Position numbers and translations under genes: made by a program. A stretch of DNA of 64,000 bases from an uncultured Clostridia bacterium (GTDB taxonomy: Bacteria; Bacillota; Clostridia; Christensenellales; UBA1242), in contig CALVML010000004.1 of assembly GCA_944345705.1 (NCBI GenBank), forward strand, positions 16,965-80,964, written 5' to 3'. The notes beneath the pieces were generated by a model. That model worked only from the letters and a program-made list of their open reading frames with translations, was not told the origin of the DNA and did not search any database. Shown one piece after another: positions 35,595 to 44,104 of this stretch; the first letter of the stretch is position 1; each line of letters starts with the position of its first letter.

Positions 35595-38500
35595 ATGTTT
35601 GAATTAAACAATTTTGATTCTATTAGAATAGGTATTGCGTCGCCTCAAAAGATTAGAGAGTGGTCGCATGGCGAGGTGACCAAACCTGAAACAATCAACT
35701 ATAGAACTCAAAAACCTGAAAAAGATGGACTTTTCTGCGAAAAGATTTTCGGACCTAGAAAGGACTGGGAATGTCAATGCGGAAGATATAAACGCGTTCG
35801 TTATAAAGGTGTTGTTTGTGATAAGTGCGGGGTTGAAGTTACAAGAGCAAAAGTGCGCCGTGAAAGAATGGGACACATTGAACTTGCTTCTCCTTGTACT
35901 CATATATGGTTCTTTAGAAATGTGCCTTCTAAGATTGGTACACTTCTAGAGATGACTCCAAAAGTACTTGAGCAAATTGTTTACTATGTTTGCTATGTTG
36001 TACTTGATCCAAAGAAGACAGACCTTGCATACAAACAAGTAATCACCGATAAAGAATACTACGAAGCGTGTGACAAATATGGTGCTGATGCTTTCGAAGT
36101 TGGAATGGGCGCTGAAGCTATCAAGCGTTTGCTTGGTGAAGTTGACCTTGAAAAAGAGTCAAAAACTCTAAAGCAACAGATTACTACTTTCAAAGGTCAA
36201 AGAAAGATTAAAGCCATGAAGAAACTCGAAGTGGTTGAAGCTTTCCTTGCAAGCGGTAATAATCCAACTTGGATGGTACTTGATGTTATACCTGTTCTTC
36301 CACCAGATTTAAGACCAATGGTTCCACTTGATGGTGGAAGATATGCTACAAGTGATCTTAACGATCTCTATAGACGTGTTATAAATAGAAACAACAGATT
36401 AAAGAAACTCATGGAACTTGGTGCTCCTGATGTTATCGTAAGAAATGAAAAGAGAATGCTTCAAGAGGCAGTCGATAACCTAATCGATAATGGTAAACGC
36501 GGAAAGGCAGTGCAGAGTTCTAAGCAAAGAGATCTTAAATCTCTTACCGCTATGCTTGGCGGTAAACAAGGCCGTTTCAGATTAAACCTTCTTGGTAAGC
36601 GTGTTGACTACTCTGGTCGTTCGGTTATCGTTGTTGGACCTGAACTAAAAATGTATCAATGCGGTCTTCCAAAAGAAATGGCTCTTGAATTATTTAAGCC
36701 TTTCATTATGAATCGACTTGTTGAACTTAATAAATCGAACAATATTAAGGCAGCAAAGAGAATGATTGAAAAAGAAAAGCCGGTGGTATGGGATATCTTG
36801 GCTGAAGTTATCAAAGATCATCCAGTATTTTTGAACCGTGCTCCAACACTTCATAGACTTTCTGTTCAAGCGTTCGAACCTGTCCTTGTTGAAGGTCGTG
36901 CAATTAAATTGCATCCTGCAGTTTGCGGTGCGTTCAACGCAGACTTCGATGGTGACCAGATGTCAGTCCATGTGCCACTTTCAATTGACGCAAGGACCGA
37001 AGCAAGAACTTTGATGCTTGCTTCAAACAACATTTTGAAGTTGTCTGATGGTGAGCCTATTGTTACTCCATCACAAGATATAGTTCTTGGTTGTGCATAC
37101 ATGACACTAGATAAACCAGGAATGCTCGGAGAAGGCAATATATTTGCATCTCCTGATGAGGCAGTAATTGCATATAGAACACAAAACTTGCATATTCAGG
37201 CAAAGATCAAAGTGAGAATTGAAAAAGAGCTTGATGGTAAAAAATATTCTAAAGTCATTGACACTACTGTTGGACGACTTTTGTTCAATGAGCAAATTCC
37301 GCAAGACCTTGGCTTTGTAGATAGAACAAATCCTGACAACATTTGCGATCTTGAATTTAATAAGTTTGTAGTTAAAAAAGATTTAAGTGCTATCCTTTCA
37401 AGATGCTATGATGTACATGGTACTACAGAGTGTGCTAAACTTGTAGATAAGATCAAGGAACTTGGATATAAATATGCTACATTAAGTTCTCTTACTGTTA
37501 ACGCATTTGATATTGCTGAACCTAAGGAAAAGCAGGCAATTATAAGTGAAACAGATCAAAAAGTTATCGAAAATGAAAAATTATTTAGACGCGGTCTAAT
37601 CACACTTGATGAAAAAGTACGCAACAATATGCAACTTTGGGCAGATGCTAAAAATCAAGTTGAAAAAGCACTGATTGAAGATATGGATGACTATAATCCA
37701 TTTAAGATCATGTATGTATCTGGCGCGCGTGGTAATAAAGAGCAAATCAACTCGCTTTGCGGTATGGTTGGACTAAAGACTACCGCAAGTGGTGAAAAGA
37801 TTGACGTGCCTATTAAATCTTCATTCGTTACAGGGCTTTCTCCTATTGAGTATTTCCTAACTGCCCGTGGTGCAAGAAAAGGTCTTACCGATACTGCACT
37901 TAAGACTGCAGACTCGGGATACTTAACAAGAAGACTTGTAGATATATCTCAAGATGTAGTTGTTACAACTGAAGATTGCTTTGCTAATGCTGGCGAAAAA
38001 GTCAAAGGTGTATGGGTTGGTGATCTAGTTGTTGATGGCGTAGTTCACGAAACACTCGCAGAGAGAATTTATGGTAGAGTAAGCGTTGATCAAATTGTAG
38101 ATCCTCAAACAAACGAAGTTATTGTAGAGGCAAATCAAATGATCACAAAGGATCAAGCTGACGCAATTGCTAAGGCAGGATTCAAACAAGTTCAAATTAG
38201 ATCTCTCTTCACTTGCAAATGCAAACATGGTGTTTGTGCAAAATGTTATGGACGAGATTTGTCAAATAAGAAAATGGTAACAGTTGGTGAAGCTGTAGGT
38301 ATCATTGCAGCACAGTCAATTGGTGAACCTGGTACACAGCTTACAATGAGAACATTCCACTCTGGTGGTGTTGCTTCAGCTCTTGATATTACTCAAGGTC
38401 TTCCTAGAGTCGAAGAAATCTTTGAAGCTAGAAAGCCAAAAGGTGAAGCTCTCCTAAGTGAAGTTGCTGGAAAACTTACAATTAGACAAGATCCTAAGTA

Positions 38501-39161
38501 TTATTATTTCACTGTTGCATCACGCGAAGGCGACATTGAATATGAAGCAAAGAAGCCAGTTGTATTGATGGTGAAAAACGGCGAAAATGTTGAACCGGGA
38601 ACTCAACTTACTGCTGGTGCAATAAATCCTTCTGATTACTTGCGTATGAAGGGTGTAAAAGGCCTACAAGAATATCTTCTCAACCAAGTTGTTTCAACAT
38701 ATAGAGGACAAGATGTTAAAGTTAATGATAAGCATGTTGAAATAATTATTAGACAGATGCTTAAGAAAGTTAAGGTAGAGTCTGCTGGTGATACAAATCT
38801 ATTGCCAGGTGAAATTGTAGATATCTATAAATGCGATGAAGAAAACGAAAGAATTTTGCAAGAGGGCGGTGTTCCTGCAACTGTTAAGAGAATATTGCTT
38901 GGTATTACTAAGGCATCTCTTTCAACAGACAGCTTCCTATCTGCTGCTTCCTTCCAAGAAACTTCAAGAACATTGACAGATGCATCTGTTAAAGGTAAAG
39001 TGGATAACTTGCTTGGACTTAAGGAAAATGTCATCATTGGTAAACTTATTCCAGCTGGTACTGGACTTAAATCTTATCGTTCAGTTATGCCAGTAGTTGT
39101 AAAGGATGAAAGAGAAGAAGATGTCTATTCTGACGATACAGCTGTAACAACAATTGCATAG
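35595..39161 (+). CDS. rpoC: DNA-directed RNA polymerase beta-prime subunit
   Basis: 1188 aa. Zn-finger CQCGRYK...CDKCG and catalytic NADFDGDQM. Confidence 0.97.
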   Translation: MFELNNFDSIRIGIASPQKIREWSHGEVTKPETINYRTQKPEKDGLFCEKIFGPRKDWECQCGRYKRVRYKGVVCDKCGVEVTRAKVRRERMGHIELASPCTHIWFFRNVPSKIGTLLEMTPKVLEQIVYYVCYVVLDPKKTDLAYKQVITDKEYYEACDKYGADAFEVGMGAEAIKRLLGEVDLEKESKTLKQQITTFKGQRKIKAMKKLEVVEAFLASGNNPTWMVLDVIPVLPPDLRPMVPLDGGRYATSDLNDLYRRVINRNNRLKKLMELGAPDVIVRNEKRMLQEAVDNLIDNGKRGKAVQSSKQRDLKSLTAMLGGKQGRFRLNLLGKRVDYSGRSVIVVGPELKMYQCGLPKEMALELFKPFIMNRLVELNKSNNIKAAKRMIEKEKPVVWDILAEVIKDHPVFLNRAPTLHRLSVQAFEPVLVEGRAIKLHPAVCGAFNADFDGDQMSVHVPLSIDARTEARTLMLASNNILKLSDGEPIVTPSQDIVLGCAYMTLDKPGMLGEGNIFASPDEAVIAYRTQNLHIQAKIKVRIEKELDGKKYSKVIDTTVGRLLFNEQIPQDLGFVDRTNPDNICDLEFNKFVVKKDLSAILSRCYDVHGTTECAKLVDKIKELGYKYATLSSLTVNAFDIAEPKEKQAIISETDQKVIENEKLFRRGLITLDEKVRNNMQLWADAKNQVEKALIEDMDDYNPFKIMYVSGARGNKEQINSLCGMVGLKTTASGEKIDVPIKSSFVTGLSPIEYFLTARGARKGLTDTALKTADSGYLTRRLVDISQDVVVTTEDCFANAGEKVKGVWVGDLVVDGVVHETLAERIYGRVSVDQIVDPQTNEVIVEANQMITKDQADAIAKAGFKQVQIRSLFTCKCKHGVCAKCYGRDLSNKKMVTVGEAVGIIAAQSIGEPGTQLTMRTFHSGGVASALDITQGLPRVEEIFEARKPKGEALLSEVAGKLTIRQDPKYYYFTVASREGDIEYEAKKPVVLMVKNGENVEPGTQLTAGAINPSDYLRMKGVKGLQEYLLNQVVSTYRGQDVKVNDKHVEIIIRQMLKKVKVESAGDTNLLPGEIVDIYKCDEENERILQEGGVPATVKRILLGITKASLSTDSFLSAASFQETSRTLTDASVKGKVDNLLGLKENVIIGKLIPAGTGLKSYRSVMPVVVKDEREEDVYSDDTAVTTIA

Positions 39162-39192
39162 TAAAGATAAGTTTAATACTTTTAAATAGCAA

Positions 39193-39225
39193 AAAAGGCA
39201 TATTTTGAAATATGTCTTTTTTTTC
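39193..39225. terminator. Bidirectional terminator after rpoC
   Basis: Stem aggcatatt / aatatgtct (one mismatch) flanked by A6 and T8 runs. Confidence 0.6.
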
Positions 39226-39234
39226 AATGTTTAA

Positions 39235-39774
39235 TTATATTAATTTTAACAAGTCTTCAAATGTTGTATAACCTGCATTCTCGTTAAAATGTCCGGCATT
39301 TTCATATATATAAGTTTCTGCTTTAATTGCTTTGGCAAAATTTTCCAACGCATCTATTTTTACATAAGGATCATCTTTACTATATATGCAAATTCTTTTA
39401 TTACATAAATCAATAAATTTATATATTTCATCTGTATACATATCTTTATTAATTTTGTCAAAGTTTTCTAAGGAAAAATAATTGTTACAGCCACTTACAA
39501 ATATGCATTTTTCAATTTTTAGATTATTGTTTATACAATATTTAGCAAGAAATACACATCCAATGGAATGACAAATAAAAACACTTTCTTCATTTATCTT
39601 ATCCTTTACTTGATCTAAGACCTTTGACCAATTTTCAAAATTTTGTCCATTCGGAGTAGGATAATTAAAATTGAAAACATCATATCCTTTTTGTTTAATT
39701 TTTTCTTCCAGCCAAGGAAACCAATTCTCTTTGTTATGACCATACGATCCATGAATTATAAAATAATTTTTCAT
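39235..39774 (-). CDS. YdeN/RBBP9-type alpha/beta serine hydrolase
   Basis: 179 aa. FIIHGSYGHNKENWFPWL start and nucleophile elbow ICHSIGC. Confidence 0.6.
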   Translation of the reverse strand: MKNYFIIHGSYGHNKENWFPWLEEKIKQKGYDVFNFNYPTPNGQNFENWSKVLDQVKDKINEESVFICHSIGCVFLAKYCINNNLKIEKCIFVSGCNNYFSLENFDKINKDMYTDEIYKFIDLCNKRICIYSKDDPYVKIDALENFAKAIKAETYIYENAGHFNENAGYTTFEDLLKLI

Positions 39775-39844
39775 ATAAACACCTTAAAGTATTTTAGCAC
39801 AATATTTTTAAATTTCCTACCAATAAATTGAATTTTAAAATTTT

Positions 39845-39926
39845 CAAATTAAAATAAAAAGCCTCTTGACAGGGGGGGGGAATGTGATATAATCACAAAG
39901 TAAAAAGATAAAAAGGAGATTAATTT
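39845..39926 (+). repeat. Copy 1 of the duplicated promoter/5' UTR module
   Basis: caaattaaaataaaaagcctcttgacagggggggggaatgtgatataatcacaaagtaaaaa is identical to 40583-40644. Similarity continues through the RBS into the CDS. Confidence 0.9.
39866..39893 (+). promoter_or_regulatory. Consensus sigma-A promoter with a G9 tract in the spacer
   Basis: TTGACA 39866-39871, G9 39872-39880, aatgTGa, TATAAT 39888-39893 (extended -10 TGaTATAAT). Spacer 16 nt. Confidence 0.65.
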
Positions 39927-40484
39927 ATGAAAAAGACAAATAAGAAAAGCAGAGGTATATTAAAAAATGCTGATCACTTTACATTAAGTCATGGTCTTAA
40001 ATTATTTAGTGCTATATCGATAATAGGTCCAGCTCTGTTTCTATTCGGCGCGGGTATTACATATGGTCTTGCACGCGAGGAAGGCAGATCTAAAATTAAA
40101 GAAACTAGTGATTATAATAATTACTCGTTTGAATATAGGCGAGTTATTAATGAAAATGAGTTTTTGACTCAAGAAGATAAACAAAATTTAACTGAAGAAA
40201 GTCATGTATTTGATAGTTATATTGAAGGTAATCTAGATGAACCACTTGTTCAAGCTTATATTCAAGAGACTGATAAAAAAAGTAAAACTTTATCTGGAGC
40301 ATTGGTAACTTTCGGTGTGTCGGCAATGTTAGCAGAAGTATCAATGATAGCAGCAGGAAAAGTCAGCATTAAAGAAGATGCCGATAATAGAAAAAATAGA
40401 ACTGATTTGAGTGAAGTTGGATTTACTGATGATAAAGAAGAATACATTGACTTTGATGAAGAGAATATTAATTTAAGGACATAA
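39927..40484 (+). CDS. Small two-TM membrane protein, paralog A
   Basis: 185 aa. AGGAGA RBS. Basic N-terminus, TM1, conserved core SKIKETSDYNNYSFEYRRVINEN...DEPLVQ, TM2, acidic tail. Paralog of 40664-41206. Confidence 0.65.
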   Translation: MKKTNKKSRGILKNADHFTLSHGLKLFSAISIIGPALFLFGAGITYGLAREEGRSKIKETSDYNNYSFEYRRVINENEFLTQEDKQNLTEESHVFDSYIEGNLDEPLVQAYIQETDKKSKTLSGALVTFGVSAMLAEVSMIAAGKVSIKEDADNRKNRTDLSEVGFTDDKEEYIDFDEENINLRT

Positions 40485-40542
40485 TAAGCATATTAAAATT
40501 CAACTTTGATATTTTAAAATAAAATCATATTTATAAAATATC

Positions 40543-40575
40543 AAGCATACTATAAATTTCTTAGTATGCTTTTTG
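40543..40575 (+). terminator. Intrinsic terminator between the two paralogs
   Basis: Stem aagcatacta (40543-40552) / tagtatgctt (40562-40571) followed by a T-run. Confidence 0.6.
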
Positions 40576-40582
40576 TAATTAT

Positions 40583-40663
40583 CAAATTAAAATAAAAAGC
40601 CTCTTGACAGGGGGGGGGAATGTGATATAATCACAAAGTAAAAACATAAAAGGAGACTAATTT
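40583..40663 (+). repeat. Copy 2 of the duplicated promoter/5' UTR module
   Basis: Identical to the 39845-39906 core; see copy 1. Confidence 0.9.
40604..40631 (+). promoter_or_regulatory. Consensus sigma-A promoter with a G9 tract in the spacer
   Basis: TTGACA 40604-40609, G9 40610-40618, aatgTGa, TATAAT 40626-40631. Spacer 16 nt. Confidence 0.65.
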
Positions 40664-41206
40664 ATGAAAAAGAAAAATAAGACAAGTTATGGAATTTTAA
40701 AATCTGCTGGCAACATTGCACTAGGAATTGCTCCATTTGTATTTGGTGTAATAGCGATAGGTTCATTTCCTCTATATGTCATTGCTGCGGCTTTCGAAGC
40801 AGATAATTCTAAAATTAAAGAATCCAGTGATTACATTAATTACTCGTTTGAATATAGGCGTGTTATTGATGAAAATGATTCTTTAAGTCAAAGAGATAAG
40901 GAAAAATTAACTGAAGAAAATTATATTATTGAGAGATATATCGAAGATAATCCAGAGGATCCACTTGTTCAGGAGAAAGATAAAAAAGGGGAAATTGCAT
41001 TTGGAGCCATCTCTGCTTTTGTTGCATCTGCGTCATTAGCGGTAGGATCAGCTATAGCAAATAGCATAAAATATAGAGAAAATGAAGACTATCACATGAA
41101 TAATGCGATTGGCAATAATAAAGATAATAACATTTCTAATAATGATAATCTTATAGATGGAGAAGACATTGATCTTTTAAATAGTGATATTAGCTTTAAA
41201 GTATAA
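40664..41206 (+). CDS. Small two-TM membrane protein, paralog B
   Basis: 180 aa. Core SKIKESSDYINYSFEYRRVIDEN...EDPLVQ shared with paralog A. Asn/Asp-rich divergent tail. Confidence 0.65.
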   Translation: MKKKNKTSYGILKSAGNIALGIAPFVFGVIAIGSFPLYVIAAAFEADNSKIKESSDYINYSFEYRRVIDENDSLSQRDKEKLTEENYIIERYIEDNPEDPLVQEKDKKGEIAFGAISAFVASASLAVGSAIANSIKYRENEDYHMNNAIGNNKDNNISNNDNLIDGEDIDLLNSDISFKV

Positions 41207-41229
41207 AATCTCATAAGAAATTATAAGAT

Positions 41230-42147
41230 TTAATCGCTTCTTATTCCTTTTATTACAGGCTGGCGCATATTTCCATCTTTTGTTAGCATTATATATTGAA
41301 CGGTACAAACAAGTTTAGGTTTTATCCATACAATATCTTTTTCATCTTTGAAAATTTCAGAAAAAGGTTTTTTACTTTTGTTTTGTAATGCTGTAGTTAA
41401 AAGTAGAGATTTTTCTTGCTGTGAAAGTCTTGCAAACATCTTTGCTTTATATACGAGCTTATTCTTTTCTTGTTTTGCAAGTATTAAATCTTTAACACTT
41501 CCATCTTCAATTGTTAAACCAACTATAAAAAAGTCTTCATCATGAAGATTTTTTATTTTTATCCATTCATTCGATCTTTTTCCAAGCTTGTATTTGGCGT
41601 CTTTGCGTTTTGCAACTATTCCTTCTAGACCAAGATTTTTAGTTTGATTAAAAAGGGCAATGCCTTGATTTTCGATAAAGCGCGAGATGCTAATATATTT
41701 ATTTTCTTTAATTGCTTTAAATAGCAATTTTTTTCTTTCCATTTGATCAAGATTTGTCAAGTTTTTGCCGTCATAATACAGGATATCATAAGCGACAAAA
41801 TTTACAGGAGCTATTTTGGATGCCATTTCAATTTTAAATTTATCGTTAAGTAAACTTCGTTTTTGTAAGGCAAAAAAATCTGGGAAGCCATTTTTGCCAG
41901 TTACGATTATTTCGCCATCAAGAATGCATCTTGCATTTGCTTGTTTATGAATTTCGCGGAGTTCTGGATAAATAAGGGTAATATTCTTGTTTCTCTTATT
42001 GGCTAGAATTGTTTTATCTTTGTCAAGATATGCTATGCACCTTATGCCGTCAAGTTTCAGTTCAAATATATAGTTGTCATCGTCAAAAGGCTCCCTTATC
42101 TCTTTCAAAAGCATAGGAGAAATGTTTTTTTGTTCGAAAAGATCCAT
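41230..42147 (-). CDS. ligD: ATP-dependent DNA ligase, ligase domain only (LigD-type NHEJ ligase)
   Basis: 305 aa. Motif I ELKLDGIR, FVAYDIL, EGIVAKR, WIKIK. No polymerase/primase or phosphoesterase domain. 3-nt gap to ku. Confidence 0.85.
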   Translation of the reverse strand: MDLFEQKNISPMLLKEIREPFDDDNYIFELKLDGIRCIAYLDKDKTILANKRNKNITLIYPELREIHKQANARCILDGEIIVTGKNGFPDFFALQKRSLLNDKFKIEMASKIAPVNFVAYDILYYDGKNLTNLDQMERKKLLFKAIKENKYISISRFIENQGIALFNQTKNLGLEGIVAKRKDAKYKLGKRSNEWIKIKNLHDEDFFIVGLTIEDGSVKDLILAKQEKNKLVYKAKMFARLSQQEKSLLLTTALQNKSKKPFSEIFKDEKDIVWIKPKLVCTVQYIMLTKDGNMRQPVIKGIRSD

Positions 42148-42150
42148 TTT

Positions 42151-42996
42151 TTATGCCTTCTTTTTCAAATTTATCATTTCGCCTTTTTTAGCGATATTCT
42201 TTTCGTCTTTTTTCTTTTTATTTTCCTTTTTCTCTTTGACCAAAGTGACAGATTCTTTCAGTGCTTCCATTAAATCTGTTATCTTGACGGTTTTTTCTTC
42301 TTTAACTTTCTTTAATTTGTTTCCATTTGCTTTATCAAGTATGGCTTGTCTTATTCTCATTGTATACTCATCTTTATAGTCTTCGGCATGAAAAGAGTCT
42401 GTCATAGATTTGACGATAGTTTCAGCTAGGTCTACTTCTTTTTTATTTATCTCCACTTTCACTGCAATTGCAGGATTAGCTTGTACTTCTTCGTCAAAAA
42501 ATAATCTAGATAAAAGTAGATCATCATTTCTTACCCAAAGTGCAACAACGCACTCGCTACTTCCAAGTATTGTCTTTGCAATTCCTACTTTGTTTTCCTT
42601 TTCAAGCACATATTTGAGAAGATAGTATGCTTTTTCAGTGGCTTTGTTTTCTGGAACGACATAGAAGGTTTTATCAATATAAATAGGATTTATTTCTTTC
42701 AAATCGACAAATTTCTCTATGATAATACTCTTATCTTTTTTGCCTTTTAGTTTGTCAAGTTCTTCTTGATCAAAAATCACATATTCACCATTGTCTAAAT
42801 GATATCCTTTAACTATATCTTCATTTTTCACTTCTCGATCGTCACAATCTACACAGGTCTTTTTGTATTCCACACGTGATTTTGTCTTTTTGTCTATAAG
42901 ATTAAAGCCTATGTTGTTGTCCTTGATTGTGCTATGCAAGGTTATTGGAATATACACAAGTCCAAAAGCGATTGATGTTTTGTAACTGTAAGCCAT
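42151..42996 (-). CDS. ku: Ku DNA end-binding protein
   Basis: 281 aa. SIAFGLVYIPITLHS start and a lysine-rich C-terminal tail. Confidence 0.9.
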   Translation of the reverse strand: MAYSYKTSIAFGLVYIPITLHSTIKDNNIGFNLIDKKTKSRVEYKKTCVDCDDREVKNEDIVKGYHLDNGEYVIFDQEELDKLKGKKDKSIIIEKFVDLKEINPIYIDKTFYVVPENKATEKAYYLLKYVLEKENKVGIAKTILGSSECVVALWVRNDDLLLSRLFFDEEVQANPAIAVKVEINKKEVDLAETIVKSMTDSFHAEDYKDEYTMRIRQAILDKANGNKLKKVKEEKTVKITDLMEALKESVTLVKEKKENKKKKDEKNIAKKGEMINLKKKA

Positions 42997-43128
42997 GATA
43001 TCTCCTTGCTAGTAGTATTTGTAAAAAGGAGATTTTCATGACAAAAATTTAATCAAAATAATCGACATTTTTTATAAGTATAGTAATAAGTTTTTCACTA
43101 TTTTAATAAAACAATGCCTTGCGTTCTT

Positions 43129-43318
43129 TTATTTATCCATTGATTTTTCAATTAGAGTTTTAAAGATATCATTAAATTTATCTTCTTCGTCTACTAATAA
43201 TTCGGGATGGAATTTTACTCCTATAAGAAACTTTTTTTTTGGCTTCTACTACTTCAACTTGTCCATCGTCAGAATATGCGACAATTGATAATTTTTTAGG
43301 TATTTTTGTACCAATATA
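43129..43318 (-). pseudogene. Remnant of a class-I glutamine amidotransferase / peptidase C26-type gene: 5'-truncated and frameshifted
   Basis: Minus-strand translation gives ...IGTKIPKKLSIVAYSDDGQVEVVEAKKK in one frame and FLIGVKFHPELLVDEEDKFNDIFKTLIEKSMDK* in another. The frames join across the T9 run at 43232-43240. GV(Q/K)(F/W)HPE is the C-terminal GATase-I signature. The N-terminal ~2/3, including the catalytic Cys, is absent. Confidence 0.5.
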
Positions 43319-43427
43319 TTAAAAAAGTCTTTTATTATAATTTGAGATTGAAAAAAATTATTAATTAATAAATAAATTGATGTTTCTATTTTTAAATAGT
43401 AAAAAAACAAGAATATTTTTCCAAATT

Positions 43428-43484
43428 TTCGAACCGCATGGCGTAAATATAATAGAATTTTTAAAAACAAAGTCGCACTAAATG
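43428..43484 (+). repeat. 57-nt conserved block, copy 1; inverted partner at 62409-62465
   Basis: Hand alignment gives 44/57 identical, with the last 24 nt at 23/24 (ttaaaaacaaWgtcgcactaaatg). It contains TATAAT at 43448-43453. Confidence 0.7.
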
Positions 43485-43680
43485 CTTTAACTAAGGGTAC
43501 CCGCAAAATCAAAGATTTTGTGGGAAAGGAGCAAACGAGCGTAACCGCGTAAAATTACAAGGTAATTTTCGCCTAAGCGTAGTTTGTGACGCGGTTTGGT
43601 CGCGAAAACACCCAAAAAATGCAGGCATTTTCAGGTAACCCACGAACCCAGGGGTTCGATTCCCCATACTCACATAATAA
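43460..43680 (+). ncRNA. Candidate structured non-coding RNA ending in a tRNA-Glu T-arm copy; family unknown
   Basis: No credible ORF. An 11-bp hairpin at 43500-43524 has a G-U pair only on the plus strand. Hairpin 43551-43569. Helix 43544-43550/43589-43595. 17-nt T-arm copy at 43649-43665, then terminator 43682-43720. Possible -10 at 43448-43453. Confidence 0.35.
43649..43665 (+). repeat. Inverted 17-nt copy of the tRNA-Glu T-arm
   Basis: caggggttcgattcccc on plus equals the sense T-arm of the minus-strand tRNA-Glu (its complement is at 43735-43751). The arms are 69 nt apart. Confidence 0.9.
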
Positions 43681-43681
43681 A

Positions 43682-43720
43682 AAAACTAGAAACTCGATAA
43701 TATATCAAATTTCTAGTTTT
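43682..43720. terminator. Bidirectional terminator between the ncRNA candidate and tRNA-Glu
   Basis: aaaactagaaa (43682-43692) / tttctagtttt (43710-43720). Confidence 0.7.
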
Positions 43721-43722
43721 GC

Positions 43723-43797
43723 TGGTAGCCTCAAGGGGAATCGAACCCCTGATTCCGCCGTGAGAGGGCGGCGTCTTAACCGCTTGACCATGAGGCC
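43723..43797 (-). tRNA. tRNA-Glu (anticodon CUC), CCA encoded
   Basis: The reverse complement folds as a cloverleaf: GGCCTCA acceptor, anticodon stem CCGCC/GGCGG with loop CTCTCAC, T-arm AGGGGTTCGATTCCCCT, then ...GAGGCTACCA. Confidence 0.9.
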
Positions 43798-44104
43798 ATG
43801 TTAAACCTTAATTAATATATCATATTATCTTTGATTTTGCAATCTTTTTTGAAAATTTTTTCTTAATTTTTATTTTGCGTTTATCTAAATTTTGTTTATA
43901 ATCTAATTATATAAAAATATTAAAATAGTTTTATGGAAAATAATATTTTAATACTTTTTATTTTCTATTGAATGTTTAACAAATATTTTTAGGTATATTC
44001 ACATAGTTAATATGTCAAAAAATACTACAAATTCTATATATTTATATATAAAACCATCAATGTGAAATTGTCACGCTTAGTTTTGATAATATAGTGGAGG
44101 AGTA

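Noticed and set aside
42074-42379. 101-aa plus-strand ORF (Ser/Phe-rich) across the ligD/ku junction.
   Set aside because: It is antisense to two well-supported genes and is the low-complexity mirror of the lysine-rich Ku tail.
43428-43680. tmRNA (ssrA) hypothesis for the ncRNA candidate. It has a T-arm-like 3' end, and an AAAAACAAAGUCGCA word resembles the E. coli pre-resume-codon sequence.
   Set aside because: After the T-arm there is no acceptor 3' strand or CCA. No GGGG-type 5' acceptor partner or G3-U70 pair could be found upstream. The frame opened at GCA gives a 25-aa peptide ending VTA. In the homologous copy at 62.4 kb the frame does not terminate sensibly.
43649-43751. T-arm copies as attL/attR of a tRNA-integrated prophage or island (also 62189-62295).
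   Set aside because: att duplications created by tRNA-targeting integrases are direct repeats that extend to the tRNA 3' end and flank kilobases of DNA. These copies are inverted, internal to the T-arm and only about 70 nt from the tRNA.
43586-43804. 72-aa ORF in the six-frame track. The same applies to the 61671-61955 minus and 61720-61932 plus ORFs.
   Set aside because: They run straight through tRNA genes and structured RNA. They have no RBS and are composition artefacts.
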